64,000 bases of DNA, taken from positions 2,604,001 through 2,668,000 of the forward strand of contig OZ024756.1 in the NCBI GenBank assembly GCA_964016885.1. The letters run 5' to 3'. Source of the stretch: Eledone cirrhosa (Eukaryota). How positions within the stretch are numbered: the stretch's first letter is position 1; every line of letters starts with the position of its first letter. Made by a program: the position numbers and the translations under genes. Positions 26,301 through 40,950 of the stretch are shown piece after piece. The notes under the pieces were generated by a model that worked only from the letters and a program-made list of their open reading frames with translations, did not search any database and had not been told where the DNA came from.

Positions 26301-29300
26301 TGCAGTGTATGTCAAGTCACTGTCACTACTACTGCAGTGTATGTCAAGTCAGTACCACTACTACTGAAGTGTATGTCAAGTCGGTGTCACTACTACTGCA
26401 GTCCATGTCAAGTCGGTGTCACTACTACTGCAGTGTATGTCAAGTCAGTGTCACTACTACTGAAGTGTATGTCAAGTCAGTGTCACTACTACTGCAGTTT
26501 ATGTCAAGTCAGTGTCACTACTACTGCAGTGTATGTCAAGTCAGTGTCACTACTACTGCAGTCCATGTCAAGTCGGTGTCACTACTACTGCAGTGTATGT
26601 CAAGTCGGTGTCACTACTACTGCAGTCCATGTCAAGTCGGTGTCACTACTACTGCAGTGTATGTCAAGTCACTGTCACTACTACTGCAGTGTATGTCAAG
26701 TCAGTACCACTACTACTGAAGTGTATGTCAAGTCGGTGTCACTACTACTGCAGTCCATGTCAAGTCGGTGTCACTACTACTGCAGTGTATGTCAAGTCAG
26801 TGTCACTACTACTGAAGTGTATGTCAAGTCAGTGTCACTACTACTGCAGTTTATGTCAAGTCAGTGTCACTACTACTGCAGTGTATGTCAAGTCAGTGTC
26901 ACTACTACTGCAGTCCATGTCAAGTCGGTGTCACTACTACTGCAGTGTATGTCAAGTCACTGTCACTACTACTGCAGTGTATGTCAAGTCGGTGTCACTA
27001 CTACTGCAGTCCATGTCAAGTCGGTGTCACTACTACTGCAGTGTATGTCAAGTCACTGTCACTACTACTGCAGTGTATGTCAAGTCAGTACCACTACTAC
27101 TGAAGTGTATGTCAAGTCGGTGTCACTACTACTGCAGTCCATGTCAAGTCGGTGTCACTACTACTGCAGTGTATGTCAAGTCAGTGTCACTACTACTGAA
27201 GTGTATGTCAAGTCAGTGTCACTACTACTGCAGTTTATGTCAAGTCAGTGTCACTACTACTGCAGTGTATGTCAAGTCAGTGTCACTACTACTGCAGTCC
27301 ATGTCAAGTCGGTGTCACTACTACTGCAGTGTATGTCAAGTCACTGTCACTACTACTGCAGTGTATGTCAAGTCGGTGTCACTACTACTGCAGTCCATGT
27401 CAAGTCGGTGTCACTACTACTGCAGTGTATGTCAAGTCACTGTCACTACTACTGCAGTGTATGTCAAGTCAGTACCACTACTACTGAAGTGTATGTCAAG
27501 TCGGTGTCACTACTACTGCAGTCCATGTCAAGTCGGTGTCACTACTACTGCAGTGTATGTCAAGTCAGTGTCACTACTACTGAAGTGTATGTCAAGTCAG
27601 TGTCACTACTACTGCAGTTTATGTCAAGTCAGTGTCACTACTACTGCAGTGTATGTCAAGTCAGTGTCACTACTACTGCAGTCCATGTCAAGTCGGTGTC
27701 ACTACTACTGCAGTGTATGTCAAGTCACTGTCACTACTACTGCAGTGTATGTCAAGTCGGTGTCACTACTACTGCAGTCCATGTCAAGTCGGTGTCACCA
27801 CTACTGCAGTGTATGTCAAGTCACTGTCACTACTACTGCAGTGTATGTCAAGTCAGTACCACTACTACTGAAGTGTATGTCAAGTCGGTGTCACTACTAC
27901 TGCAGTCCATGTCAAGTCGGTGTCACTACTACTGCAGTGTATGTCAAGTCAGTGTCACTACTACTGAAGTGTATGTCAAGTCAGTGTCACTACTACTGCA
28001 GTTTATGTCAAGTCAGTGTCACTACTACTGCAGTGTATGTCAAGTCAGTGTCACTACTACTGCAGTCCATGTCAAGTCGGTGTCACTACTACTGCAGTGT
28101 ATGTCAAGTCACTGTCACTACTACTGCAGTGTATGTCAAGTCGGTGTCACTACTACTGCAGTCCATGTCAAGTCGGTGTCACTACTACTGCAGTGTATGT
28201 CAAGTCACTGTCACTACTACTGCAGTGTATGTCAAGTCAGTGTCACTACTACTGCAGTGTATGTCAAGTCTGTGTCACTACTATTGCAGTGTATGTCAAG
28301 TCAGTACCACTACTACTGAAGTGTATGTCAAGTCGGTGACACTACTACTGCAGTGTATGTCAAGTCGGTGTCACTACTACTGCAGTCCATGTCAAGTCGG
28401 TGTCACTACTACTGCAGTGTATGTCAAGTCACTGTCACTACTACTGCAGTGTATGTCAAGTCAGTACCACTACTACTGAAGTGTATGTCAAGTCGGTGTC
28501 ACTACTACTGCAGTCCATGTCAAGTCGGTGTCACTACTACTGCAGTGTATGTCAAGTCAGTGTCACTACTACTGAAGTGTATGTCAAGTCAGTGTCACTA
28601 CTACTGCAGTTTATGTCAAGTCAGTGTCACTACTACTGCAGTGTATGTCAAGTCAGTGTCACTACTACTGCAGTCCATGTCAAGTCGGTGTCACTACTAC
28701 TGCAGTGTATGTCAAGTCAGTGTCACTACTACTGCAGTGTATGTCAAGTCGGTGTCACTACTACTGCAGTGTATGTCAAGTCAGTGTCCTACTACTGAAG
28801 TGTATGTCAAGTCAGTGTCACTACTACTGAAGTGCATGTCTAGTCAGTGTCACTACTACTGCAGTGTATGTCAAGTCAGTACCACTACTACTGCAGTGTA
28901 TGTCAAATCAGTATCACTACCACTGCAGTACATGTCAAGTCAGTGTCACTAATACTGAAGTGCATGTCTAGTCAGTGTCACTACTACTGCAGTGTATGTC
29001 AAGTCAGTGCCACTACTACTGCAGTGTATGTCAAGTCAGTGTCACTACTACTGAAGTGTATGTCAAGTCAGTGTCACTACTACTGCAGTACATGTCAAGT
29101 CAGTGTCACTACTACTGAAGTGTATGTCAAGTCAGTGCCACTACTACTGCAGTACATGTCAAGTCAGTGTCACTACTACTGCAGTGTATGTCAAATCAGT
29201 ACCACTACTACTGCAGTGTATGTCAAGTCGGTGACACTACTACTGCAGTACATGTCAAGTCAGTGTCACTACTACTGAAGTGTATGTCAACCAGTGCCAC

Positions 29301-32300
29301 TACTACTGCAGTGCATGTCAAGTCAGTGTCACTACTACTGCAGTGTATGTCAAGTCAGTGCCACTACTACTGCAGTGTATGTCAAGTCAGTGTCACTACT
29401 ACTGCACTGTATGTCAAGTCAGTGTCACTACTACTGCAGTGTATGTCAAGTCAGTGTCACTACTACTGAAGTGCATGTCAAGTCAGTGTCACTACTACTG
29501 AAGTGCATGTCAAGTCAGTGTCACTACTACTGCAGTGTATGTCAAGTCAGTGTCACTACTACTGCAGTGTATGTCAAGTCAGTGTCACTACTACTGCAGT
29601 GTATGTCAAGTCAGTGTCACTACTACTGAAGTGTATGTCAAGTCAGTGCCACTACTACTGCAGTGCATGTAAAGTCAGTGCCACTACTACTGCAGTGTAT
29701 GTCAAGTCAGTGTCACTACTACTGCAGTGTATGTCAAGTCAGTGTCACTACTACTGCAGTGTATGTCAAGTCAGTGTCACTACTACTGAAGTGTATGTCA
29801 AGTCAGTGCCACTACTACTGCAGTGCATGTAAATCAGTGCCACTACTACTGCAGTGTATGTCAAGTCAGTGTCACTACTACTGCAATGTATGTCAAGTCA
29901 GTGTCACTACTACTGCAGTGCATGTCAAGTCAGTGTCACTACTACTGCAGTGTATGTCAAGTCAGTACCACTACTACTGCAGTGTATGTCAAGTCGATGA
30001 CACTACTACTGCAGTGTATGTCAAGTCAGTGCCACTACTACTGCAGTACATGTCAAGGCAGTGTCACTACTACTGCAGTGTATGTCAACCAGTGGCACTA
30101 CTACTGCAGTGCATGTCAAGTCAGTGCCACTACTACTGCAGTGTATGTCAAGTCAGTGCCACTACTACTGCAGTGTATGTCAAGTCAGTGTCACTACTAC
30201 TGAAGTGTATGTCAAGTCAGTGTCACTACTACTGCAGTACATGTCAAGTCAGTGTCACTACTACTGAAGTGTATGTCAAGTCAGTGCCACTACTACTGCA
30301 GTACATGTCAAGTCAGTGTCACTACTACTGCAGTGTATGTCAAGTCAGTACCACTACTACTGCAGTGTATGTCAAGTCGGTGACACTACTACTGCAGTAC
30401 ATGTCAAGTCAGTGTCACTACTACTGCAGTGTATGTCAAGTCAGTGTCACTACTACTGCAGTGTATGTCAAGTCTGTGTCACTACTATTGCAGTGTATGT
30501 CAAGTCAGTACCACTACTACTGAAGTGTATGTCAAGTCGGTGACACTACTACTGCAGTGTATGTCAAGTCGGTGTCACTACTACTGCAGTCCATGTCAAG
30601 TCGGTGTCACTACTACTGCAGTGTATGTCAAGTCACTGTCACTACTACTGCAGTGTATGTCAAGTCAGTACCACTACTACTGAAGTGTATGTCAAGTCGG
30701 TGTCACTACTACTGCAGTCCATGTCAAGTCGGTGTCACTACTACTGCAGTGTATGTCAAGTCAGTGTCACTACTACTGAAGTGTATGTCAAGTCAGTGTC
30801 ACTACTACTGCAGTTTATGTCAAGTCAGTGTCACTACTACTGCAGTGTATGTCAAGTCAGTGTCACTACTACTGCAGTCCATGTCAAGTCGGTGTCACTA
30901 CTACTGCAGTGTATGTCAAGTCAGTGTCACTACTACTGCAGTGTATGTCAAGTCGGTGTCACTACTACTGCAGTGTATGTCAAGTCAGTGTCCTACTACT
31001 GAAGTGTATGTCAAGTCAGTGTCACTACTACTGAAGTGCATGTCTAGTCAGTGTCACTACTACTGCAGTGTATGTCAAGTCAGTACCACTACTACTGCAG
31101 TGTATGTCAAATCAGTATCACTACCACTGCAGTACATGTCAAGTCAGTGTCACTAATACTGAAGTGCATGTCTAGTCAGTGTCACTACTACTGCAGTGTA
31201 TGTCAAGTCAGTGCCACTACTACTGCAGTGTATGTCAAGTCAGTGTCACTACTACTGAAGTGTATGTCAAGTCAGTGTCACTACTACTGCAGTACATGTC
31301 AAGTCAGTGTCACTACTACTGAAGTGTATGTCAAGTCAGTGCCACTACTACTGCAGTACATGTCAAGTCAGTGTCACTACTACTGCAGTGTATGTCAAGT
31401 CAGTACCACTACTACTGCAGTGTATGTCAAGTCGGTGACACTACTACTGCAGTACATGTCAAGTCAGTGTCACTACTACTGAAGTGTATGTCAACCAGTG
31501 CCACTACTACTGCAGTGCATGTCAAGTCAGTGTCACTACTACTGCAGTGTATGTCAAGTCAGTGCCACTACTACTGCAGTGTATGTCAAGTCAGTGTCAC
31601 TACTACTGCACTGTATGTCAAGTCAGTGTCACTACTACTGCAGTGTATGTCAAGTCAGTGTCACTACTACTGAAGTGCATGTCAACTCAGTGTCACTACT
31701 ACTGAAGTGCATGTCAAGTCAGTGTCACTACTACTGCAGTGTATGTCAAGTCAGTGTCACTACTACTGCAGTGTATGTCAAGTCAGTGTCACTACTACTG
31801 CAGTGTATGTCAAGTCAGTGTCACTACTACTGAAGTGTATGTCAAGTCAGTGCCACTACTACTGCAGTGCATGTAAAGTCAGTGCCACTACTACTGCAGT
31901 GTATGTCAAGTCAGTGTCACTACTACTGCAGTGTATGTCAAGTCAGTGTCACTACTACTGCAGTGTATGTCAAGTCAGTGTCACTACTACTGAAGTGTAT
32001 GTCAAGTCAGTGCCACTACTACTGCAGTGCATGTAAAGTCAGTGCCACTACTACTGCAGTGTATGTCAAGTCAGTGTCACTACTACTGCAATGTATGTCA
32101 AGTCAGTGTCACTACTACTGCAGTGCATGTCAAGTCAGTGTCACTACTACTGCAGTGTATGTCAAGTCAGTACCACTACTACTGCAGTGTATGTCAAGTC
32201 GATGACACTACTACTGCAGTGTATGTCAAGTCAGTGCCACTACTACTGCAGTACATGTCAAGGCAGTGTCACTACTACTGCAGTGTATGTCAACCAGTGG

Positions 32301-35300
32301 CACTACTACTGCAGTGCATGTCAAGTCAGTGCCACTACTACTGCAGTGTATGTCAAGTCAGTGTCACTACTACTGAAGTGTATGTCAAGTCAGTGTCACT
32401 ACTACTGCAGTACATGTCAAGTCAGTGTCACTACTACTGAAGTGTATGTCAAGTCAGTGCCACTACTACTGCAGTACATGTCAAGTCAGTGTCACTACTA
32501 CTGCAGTGTATGTCAAGTCAGTACCACTACTACTGCAGTGTATGTCAAGTCGGTGACACTACTACTGCAGTACATGTCAAGTCAGTGTCACTACTACTGA
32601 AGTGTATGTCAACCAGTGCCACTTCTACTGCAGTGCATGTCAAGTCAGTGTCACTACTACTGCAGTGTATGTCAAGTCAGTGCCACTACTACTGCAGTGT
32701 ATGTCAAGTCAGTGTCACTACTACTGCACTGTATGTCAAGTCAGTGTCACTACTACTGCAGTGTATGTCAAGTCAGTGTCACTACTACTGAAGTGCATGT
32801 CAAGTCAGTGTCACTACTACTGAAGTGCATGTCAAGTCAGTGTCACTACTACTGCAGTGTATGTCAAGTCAGTGTCACTACTACTGCAGTGTATGTCAAG
32901 TCAGTGTCACTACTACTGCAGTGTATGTCAAGTCAGTGTCACTACTACTGAAGTGTATGTCAAGTCAGTGCCACTACTACTGCAGTGCATGTAAAGTCAG
33001 TGCCACTACTACTGCAGTGTATGTCAAGTCAGTGTCACTACTACTGCAGTGTATGTCAAGTCAGTGTCACTACTACTGCAGTGTATGTCAAGTCAGTGTC
33101 ACTACTACTGAAGTGTATGTCAAGTCAGTGCCACTACTACTGCAGTGCATGTAAAGTCAGTGCCACTACTACTGCAGTGTATGTCAAGTCAGTGTCACTA
33201 CTACTGCAATGTATGTCAAGTCAGTGTCACTACTAATGCAGTGCATGTCAAGTCAGTGTCACTACTACTGCAGTGTATGTCAAGTCAGTACCACTACTAC
33301 TGCAGTGTATGTCAAGTCGATGACACTACTACTGCAGTGTATGTCAAGTCAGTGCCACTACTACTGCAGTACATGTCAAGGCAGTGTCACTACTACTGCA
33401 GTGTATGTCAACCAGTGGCACTACTACTGCAGTGCATGTCAAGTCAGTGCCACTACTACTGCAGTGTATGTCAAGTCAGTGCCACTACTACTGCAGTGTA
33501 TGTCAAGTCAGTGTCACTACTACTGCAGTGCATGTCAAGTCAGTGTCACTACTACTGCAGTGTATGTCAAGTCAGTGTCACTACTACTGCAGTGTATGTC
33601 AAGTCTGTGTCACTACTACTGCAGTGTATGTCAAGTCAGTGCCACTACTACTGCAGTGTATGTCAAGTCAGTGTCACTACTACTGCAGTGTATGTCAAGT
33701 CAGTGTCACTACTACTGAAGTGTATGTCAAGTCAGTGTCACTACTACTGAAGTGTATGTCAAGTCAGTATCACTACTACTGCAGTGTATGTCAAGTCAGT
33801 GTCACTAATACTGCAGTGCATGTCAAGTCAGTGTCACTACTACTGCAGTGTATGTCAAGTCGGTGTCACTACTACTGCAGTCCATGTCAAGTCGGTGTCA
33901 CTACTACTGCAGTGTATGTCAAGTCACTGTCACTACTACTGCAGTGTATGTCAAGTCAGTGCCACTACTACTGCAGTGTATGTCAAGTCTGTGTCACTAC
34001 TATTGCAGTGTATGTCAAGTCAGTACCACTACTACTGCAGTGTATGTCAAGTCAGTATCACTACTACTGCAGTGTATGTCAAGTCAGTGCCACTACTACT
34101 GAAGTGTATGTCAAGTCGGTGTCACGACTACTGCAGCCATGTCAAGTCGGTGTCACTACTACTGCAGTGTATGTCAAGTCAGTGTCACTACTACTGCAGT
34201 GTATGTCAAGTCAGTGTCACTACTATTGCAGTGTATGTCAAGTCAGTACCACTACTACTGAAGTGTATGTCAAGTCGGTGACACTACTACTGCAGTGTAT
34301 GTCAAGTCGGTGTCACTACTACTGCAGTCCATGTCAAGTCGGTGTCACCACTACTGCAGTGTATGTCAAGTCACTGTCACTACTACTGCAGTGTATGTCA
34401 AGTCAGTACCACTACTACTGAAGTGTATGTCAAGTCGGTGTCACTACTACTGCAGTCCATGTCAAGTCGGTGTCTCTACTACTGTAGTGTATGTCAAGTC
34501 AGTGTCACTACTACTGCAGTGTATGTCAAGTCAGTGTCACTACTACTGAAGTGTATGTCAAGTCAGTGTCACTACTACTGCAGTTAATGTCAAGTCAGTG
34601 TCACTACTACTGCAGTGTATGTCAAGTCACTGTCACTACTACTGCAGTGTATGTCAAGTCAGTACCACTACTACTGCAGTGTATGTCAAGTCAGTATCAC
34701 TACTACTGCAGTGTATGTCAAGTCAGTGTCACTACTACTGCAGTCCATGTCAAGTCGGTGTCACTACTACTGCAGTGTATGTCAAGTCAGTGTCACTACT
34801 ACTGCAGTGTATGTCAAGTCGGTGTCACTACTACTGCAGTGTATGTCAAGTCAGTGTCCTACTACTGAAGTGTATGTCAAGTCAGTGTCACTACTACTGA
34901 AGTGCATGTCTAGTCAGTGTCACTACTACTGCAGTGTATGTCAAGTCAGTACCACTACTACTGCAGTGTATGTCAAATCAGTATCACTAACACTGCTGTA
35001 CATGTCAAGTCAGTGTCACTAATACTGAAGTGCATGTCTAGTCAGTGTCACTACTACTGCAGTGTATGTCAAGTCAGTGCCACTACTACTGCAGTGTATG
35101 TCAAGTCAGTGTCACTACTACTGAAGTGTATGTCAAGTCAGTGTCACTACTACTGCAGTACATGTCAAGTCAGTGTCACTACTACTGAAGTGTATGTCAA
35201 GTCAGTGCCACTACTACTGCAGTACATGTCAAGTCAGTGTCACTACTACTGCAGTGTATGTCAAGTCAGTACCACTACTACTGCAGTGTATGTCAAGTCG

Positions 35301-35970
35301 GTGACACTACTACTGCAGTACATGTCAAGTCAGTGTCACTACTACTGCAGTGTATGTCAAGTCAGTGTCACTACTACTGCAGTGTATGTCAAGTCGGTGT
35401 CACTACTACTGCAGTGTATGTCAAGTCAGTGTCCTACTACTGAAGTGTATGTCAAGTCAGTGTCACTACTACTGAAGTGCATGTCTAGTCAGTGTCACTA
35501 CTACTGCAGTGTATGTCAAGTCAGTACCACTACTACTGCAGTGTATGTCAAATCAGTATCACTACCACTGCAGTACATGTCAAGTCAGTGTCACTAATAC
35601 TGAAGTGCATGTCTAGTCAGTGTCACTACTACTGCAGTGTATGTCAAGTCAGTGCCACTACTACTGCAGTGTATGTCAAGTCAGTGTCACTACTACTGAA
35701 GTGTTTGTCAAGTCAGTGTCACTACTACTGCAGTACATGTCAAGTCAGTGTCACTACTACTGAAGTGTATGTCAAGTCAGTGCCACTACTACTGCAGTAC
35801 ATGTCAAGTCAGTGTCACTACTACTGCAGTGTATGTCAAGTCAGTACCACTACTACTGCAGTGTATGTCAAGTCGGTGACACTACTACTGCAGTACATGT
35901 CAAGTCAGTGTCACTACTACTGAAGTGTATGTCAACCAGTGCCACTACTACTGCAGTGCATGTCAAGTCA
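16930..35970. repeat. Non-adjacent ~5.5-kb duplicated block (about 16,930-22,450 and 30,450-35,970, offset 13,519), with further 1150, 6999 and 4316 bp duplications in the same region
   Basis: ORF-track pairs 17038/30557, 19865/33384 and 21973/35492 all give 13,519. Rare markers CTAACACTGCTGTAC (~21468/34987) and AAGTGTTTGTC (~22180/35699) recur. Other pairs: 17852/19002 (1150), 16494/23493 (6999), 24037/28353 (4316). Confidence 0.85.
26250..28240. repeat. 12-monomer (384-bp) higher-order repeat, about 5 copies (first unit is 11 monomers)
   Basis: Marker CAGTTTATG at 26495, 26847, 27231, 27615 and 27999 (spacing 352, 384, 384, 384). ORF-track entries start at 26864, 27248, 27632 and 28016. 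Confidence 0.93.
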
Positions 35971-38900
35971 GTGTCACTACTACTTAAGTGCATGTCAAGT
36001 CAGTGTCACTACTACTGCAGTGTATGTCAAGTCAGTGTCACTACTACTTAAGTGCATGTCAAGTCAGTGTCACTACTACTGCAGTGTATGTCAAGTCAGT
36101 GTCACTACTACTGCAGTGCATGTCAAGTCAGTGTCACTACTACTGCAGTGTATGTCAAGTCAGTGTCACTACTACTGCAGTGTATGTCAAGTCAGTGTCA
36201 CTACTACTGCAGTGTATGTCAAGTCAGTGCCACTACTACTGCAGTGTATGTCAAGTCAGTGTCACTACTACTGCAGTGTATGTCAAGTCAGTGTCACTAC
36301 TACTGAAGTGTATGTCAAGTCAGTGTCACTACTACTGAAGTGTATGTCAAGTCAGTATCACTACTACTGCAGTGTATGTCAAGTCAGTGTCACTAATACT
36401 GCAGTGCATGTCAAGTCAGTGTCACTACTACTGCAGTGTATGTCAAGTCTGTGTCACTACTATTGCAGTCCATGTCAAGTCGCTGTCACTACTACTGCAG
36501 TGTATGTCAAGTCACTGTCACTACTACTGCAGTGTATGTCAAGTCAGTGTCACTACTACTGCAGTGTATGTCAAGTCTGTGTCACTACTATTGCAGTGTA
36601 TGTCAAGTCAGTACCACTACTACTGAAGTGTATGTCAAGTCGGTGTCACTACTACTGCAGTCCATGTCAAGTCGGTGTCACTACTACTGCAGTGTATGTC
36701 AAGTCACTGTCACTACTACTGCAGTGTATGTCAAGTCAGTGTCACTACTACTGAAGTGTATGTCAAGTCGGTGTCACTACTACTGCAGCCATGTCAAGTC
36801 GGTGTCACTACTACTGCAGTGTATGTCAAGTCAGTGTCACTACTACTGCAGTGTATGTCAAGTCAGGGTAACTACTATTGCAGTGTATGTCAAGTCAGTA
36901 CCACTACTACTGAAGTGTATGTCAAGTCGGTGACACTACTACTGCAGTGTATGTCAAGTCGGTGTCACTACTACTGCAGTCCATGTCAAGTCGGTGTCAC
37001 TACTACTGCAGTGTATGTCAAGTCACTGTCACTACTACTGCAGTGTATGTCAAGTCAGTACCACTACTACTGAAGTGTATGTCAAGTCGGTGTCACTACT
37101 ACTGCAGTCCATGTCACGTCGGTGTCACTACTACTGCAGTGTATGTCAAGTCAGTGTCACTACTACTGTAGTGTATGTCAAGTCAGTGTCACTACTACTG
37201 CAGTGTATGTCAAGTCAGTGTCACTACTATTGAAGTGTATGTCAAGTCAGTGTCACTACTACTGCAGTTAATGTCAAGTCAGTGTCACTACTACTGCAGT
37301 GTATGTCAAGTCAGTGTCACTACTACTGCAGTCCATGTCAAGTCGGTGTCACTACTACTGCAGTGCATGTCTAGTCAGTGTCACTACTACTGCAGTGTAT
37401 GTCAAGTCAGTGCCACTACTACTGCAGTGTATGTCAAGTCAGTGTCACTACTACTGAAGTGTATGTCAAGTCAGTGTCACTACTACTGCAGTACATGTCA
37501 ACTCAGTGTCACTACTACTGAAGTGTATGTCAAGTCAGTGCCACTACTACTGCAGTACATGTCAAGTCAGTGTCACTACTACTGCAGTGTATGTCAAGTC
37601 AGTACCACTACTACTGCAGTGTATGTCAAGTCGGTGACACTACTACTGCAGTACATGTCAAGTCAGTGTCACTACTACTGAAGTGTATGTCAACCAGTGC
37701 CACTACTACTGCAGTGCATGTCAAGTCAGTGTCTCTACTACTGCAGTGTATGTCAAGTCAGTGCCACTACTACTGCAGTGTATGTCAAGTCAGTGTCACT
37801 ACTACTGCACTGTATGTCAAGTCAGTGTCACTACTACTGCAGTGTATGTCAAGTCAGTGTCACTACTACTGAAGTGCATGTCAAGTCAGTGTCACTACTA
37901 CTGAAGTGCATGTCAAGTCAGTGTCACTACTACTGCAGTGTATGTCAAGTCAGTGTCACTACTACTGCAGTGTATGTCAAGTCAGTGTCACTACTACTGC
38001 AGTGTATGTCAAGTCAGTGTCACTACTACTGAAGTGTATGTCAAGTCAGTGCCACTACTACTGCAGTGCATGTAAAGTCAGTGCCACTACTACTGCAGTG
38101 TATGTCAAGTCAGTGTCACTACTACTGCAGTGTATGTCAAGTCAGTGTCACTACTACTGCAGTGTATGTCAAGTCAGTGTCACTACTACTGAAGTGTATG
38201 TCAAGTCAGTGCCACTACTACTGCAGTGCATGTAAAGTCAGTGCCACTACTACTGCAGTGTATGTCAAGTCAGTGTCACTACTACTGCAATGTATGTCAA
38301 GTCAGTGTCACTACTACTGCAGTGCATGTCAAGTCAGTGTCACTACTACTGCAGTGTATGTCAAGTCAGTACCACTACTACTGCAGTACATGTCAAGTCA
38401 GTGTCACTACTACTGCAGTGTATGTCAAGTCAGTGCCACTACTACTGCAGTACATGTCAAGTCAGTGTCACTACTACTGCAGTGTATGTCAAGTCAGTGC
38501 CACTACTACTGCAGTGTATGTCAAGTCAGTGTCACTACTACTGCAGTACATGTCAAGTCAGTGTCACTACTACTGCAATGTATGTCAAGTCAGTGTCACT
38601 ACTACTGCAGTGCATGTCAAGTCAGTGCCACTACTACTGCAGTGTATGTCAAGTCAGTGTCACTACTACTGCAGTACATGTCAAGTCAGTGCCACTACTA
38701 CTGCAGTGTATGTCAAGTCAGTGTCACTACTACTGCAGTACATGTCAAGTCAGTGGCACTACTACTGCAGTGCATGTCAAGTCAGTGCCACTACTACTGC
38801 AGTGTATGTCAAGTCAGTGCCACTACTACTGCAGTGTATGTCAAGTCAGTGTCACTACTACTGCAGTACATGTCAAGTCAGTGTCACTACTACTGCAGTA

Positions 38901-39379
38901 CATGTCAAGTCAGTGTCACTACTACTGCAATGTATGTCAAGTCAGTGTCACTACTACTGCAGTGCATGTCAAGTCAGTGTCACTACTACTGCAGTGTATG
39001 TCAAGTCAGTGTCACTACTACTGCAGTGTATGTCAAGTCAGTGCCACTACTACTGCAGTGTATGTCAAGTCAGTGTCACTACTACTGCAGTGCATGTCAA
39101 GTCAGTGTCACTACTACTGCAGTGTATGTCAAGTCTGTGTCACTACTACTGCAGTGCATGTCAAGTCAGTGTCACTACTACTGCAGTGTATGTCAAGTCA
39201 GTGTCACTAATACTGCAGTGCATGTCAAGTCAGTGTCACTACTACTGCAGTGTATGTCAAGTCGGTGTCACTACTACTGCAGTCCATGTCAAGTCGGTGT
39301 CACTACTACTGCAGTGTATGTCAAGTCACTGTCACTACTACTGCAGTGTATGTCAAGTCAGTGTCACTAATACTGCAGT

Positions 39380-40950
39380 GAATGTCAAGTCAGTGTCACT
39401 ACTACTGCAGTGTATGTCAAGTCAGTGTCACTACTATTGCAGTGTATGTCAAGTCAGTACCACTACTACTGAAGTGTATCTCAAGTCAGTGTCACTACTA
39501 TTGCAGTGTATGTCAAGTCAGTGTCACTACTACTGCAGTGTATGTCAAGTCAGTGTCACTACTACTGCAGTGTATGTCAAGTCACTGTCACTACTACTGC
39601 AGTGTATGTCAAGTCAGTGTCACTACTACTGCAGTGAATGTCAAGTCAGTACCACTACTACTGAAGTGTATGTCAAGTCAGTACCACTACTACTGAAGTG
39701 TATCTCAAGTCAGTGTCACTACTATTGCAGTGTATGTCAAGTCAGTGTCACTACTACTGCAGTGTATGTCAAGTCAGTGTCACTACTACTGCAGTGTATG
39801 TCAAGTCTGTGTCACTACTACTGCAGTGCATGTCAAGTCAGTGTCACTACTACTGCAGTGTATGTCAAGTCTGTGTCACTACTACTGCAGTGCATGTCAA
39901 GTCAGTGTCACTACTACTGCAGTGTATGTCAAGTCGGTGTCACTAATACTGCAGTGCATGTCAAGTCAGTGTCACTACTACTGCAGTGTATGTCAAGTCG
40001 GTGTCACTACTACTGCAGTCCATGTCAAGTCGGTGTCACTACTACTGCAGTGTATGTCAAGTCACTGTCACTACTACTGCAGTGTATGTCAAGTCAGTGT
40101 CACTACTATTGCAGTGTATGTCAAGTCAGTGTCACTACTACTGAAGTGTATGTCAAGTCAGTACCACTACTACTGAAGTGTATCTCAAGTCAGTGTCACT
40201 ACTATTGCAGTGTATGTCAAGTCAGTGTCACTACTACTGCAGTGTATGTCAAGTCAGTGTCACTACTACTGCAGTGTATGTCAAGTCACTGTCACTACTA
40301 CTGCAGTGTATGTCAAGTCAGTGTCACTACTACTGCAGTGAATGTCAAGTCAGTACCACTACTACTGAAGTGTATGTCAAGTCAGTACCACTACTACTGA
40401 AGTGTATCTCAAGTCAGTGTCACTACTACTGCAGTGTATGTCAAGTCAGTACCACTAATACTGCAGTGTATGTCAAGTGAGTGCCACTACTACTGCAGTG
40501 TATGTCAAGTCAGTACCACTACTACTGCAGTGTATGTCAAGTCAGTACCACTACTACTGAAGTGTATGTCAAGTCAGTACCACTACTACTGAAGTGTATC
40601 TCAAGTCAGTGTCACTACTACTGCAGTGTATGTCAAGTCAGTACCACTACTACTGCAGTGTATGTCAAGTGAGTGCCACTACTACTGCAGTGTATGTCAA
40701 GTCAGTACCACTACTACTGCAGTGTATGTCAAGTCAGTACCACTACTACTGAAGTGTATGTCAAGTCAGTACCACTACTACTGAAGTGTATCTCAAGTCA
40801 GTGTCACTACTATTGCAGTGTATGTCAAGTCAGTGTCACTACTACTGCAGTGTATGTCAAGTCAGTGTCACTACTACTGCAGTGTATGTCAAGTCACTGT
40901 CACTACTACTGCAGTGTATGTCAAGTCAGTGTCACTACTACTGCAGTGTA
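39380..40950. repeat. Local satellite sub-family with 224, 704 and 192 bp periods
   Basis: Variant GTGTATCTCAAG was seen only here, at about 39474, 39698, 40178, 40402, 40594 and 40786 (spacings 224, 480, 224, 192, 192). Confidence 0.8.
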
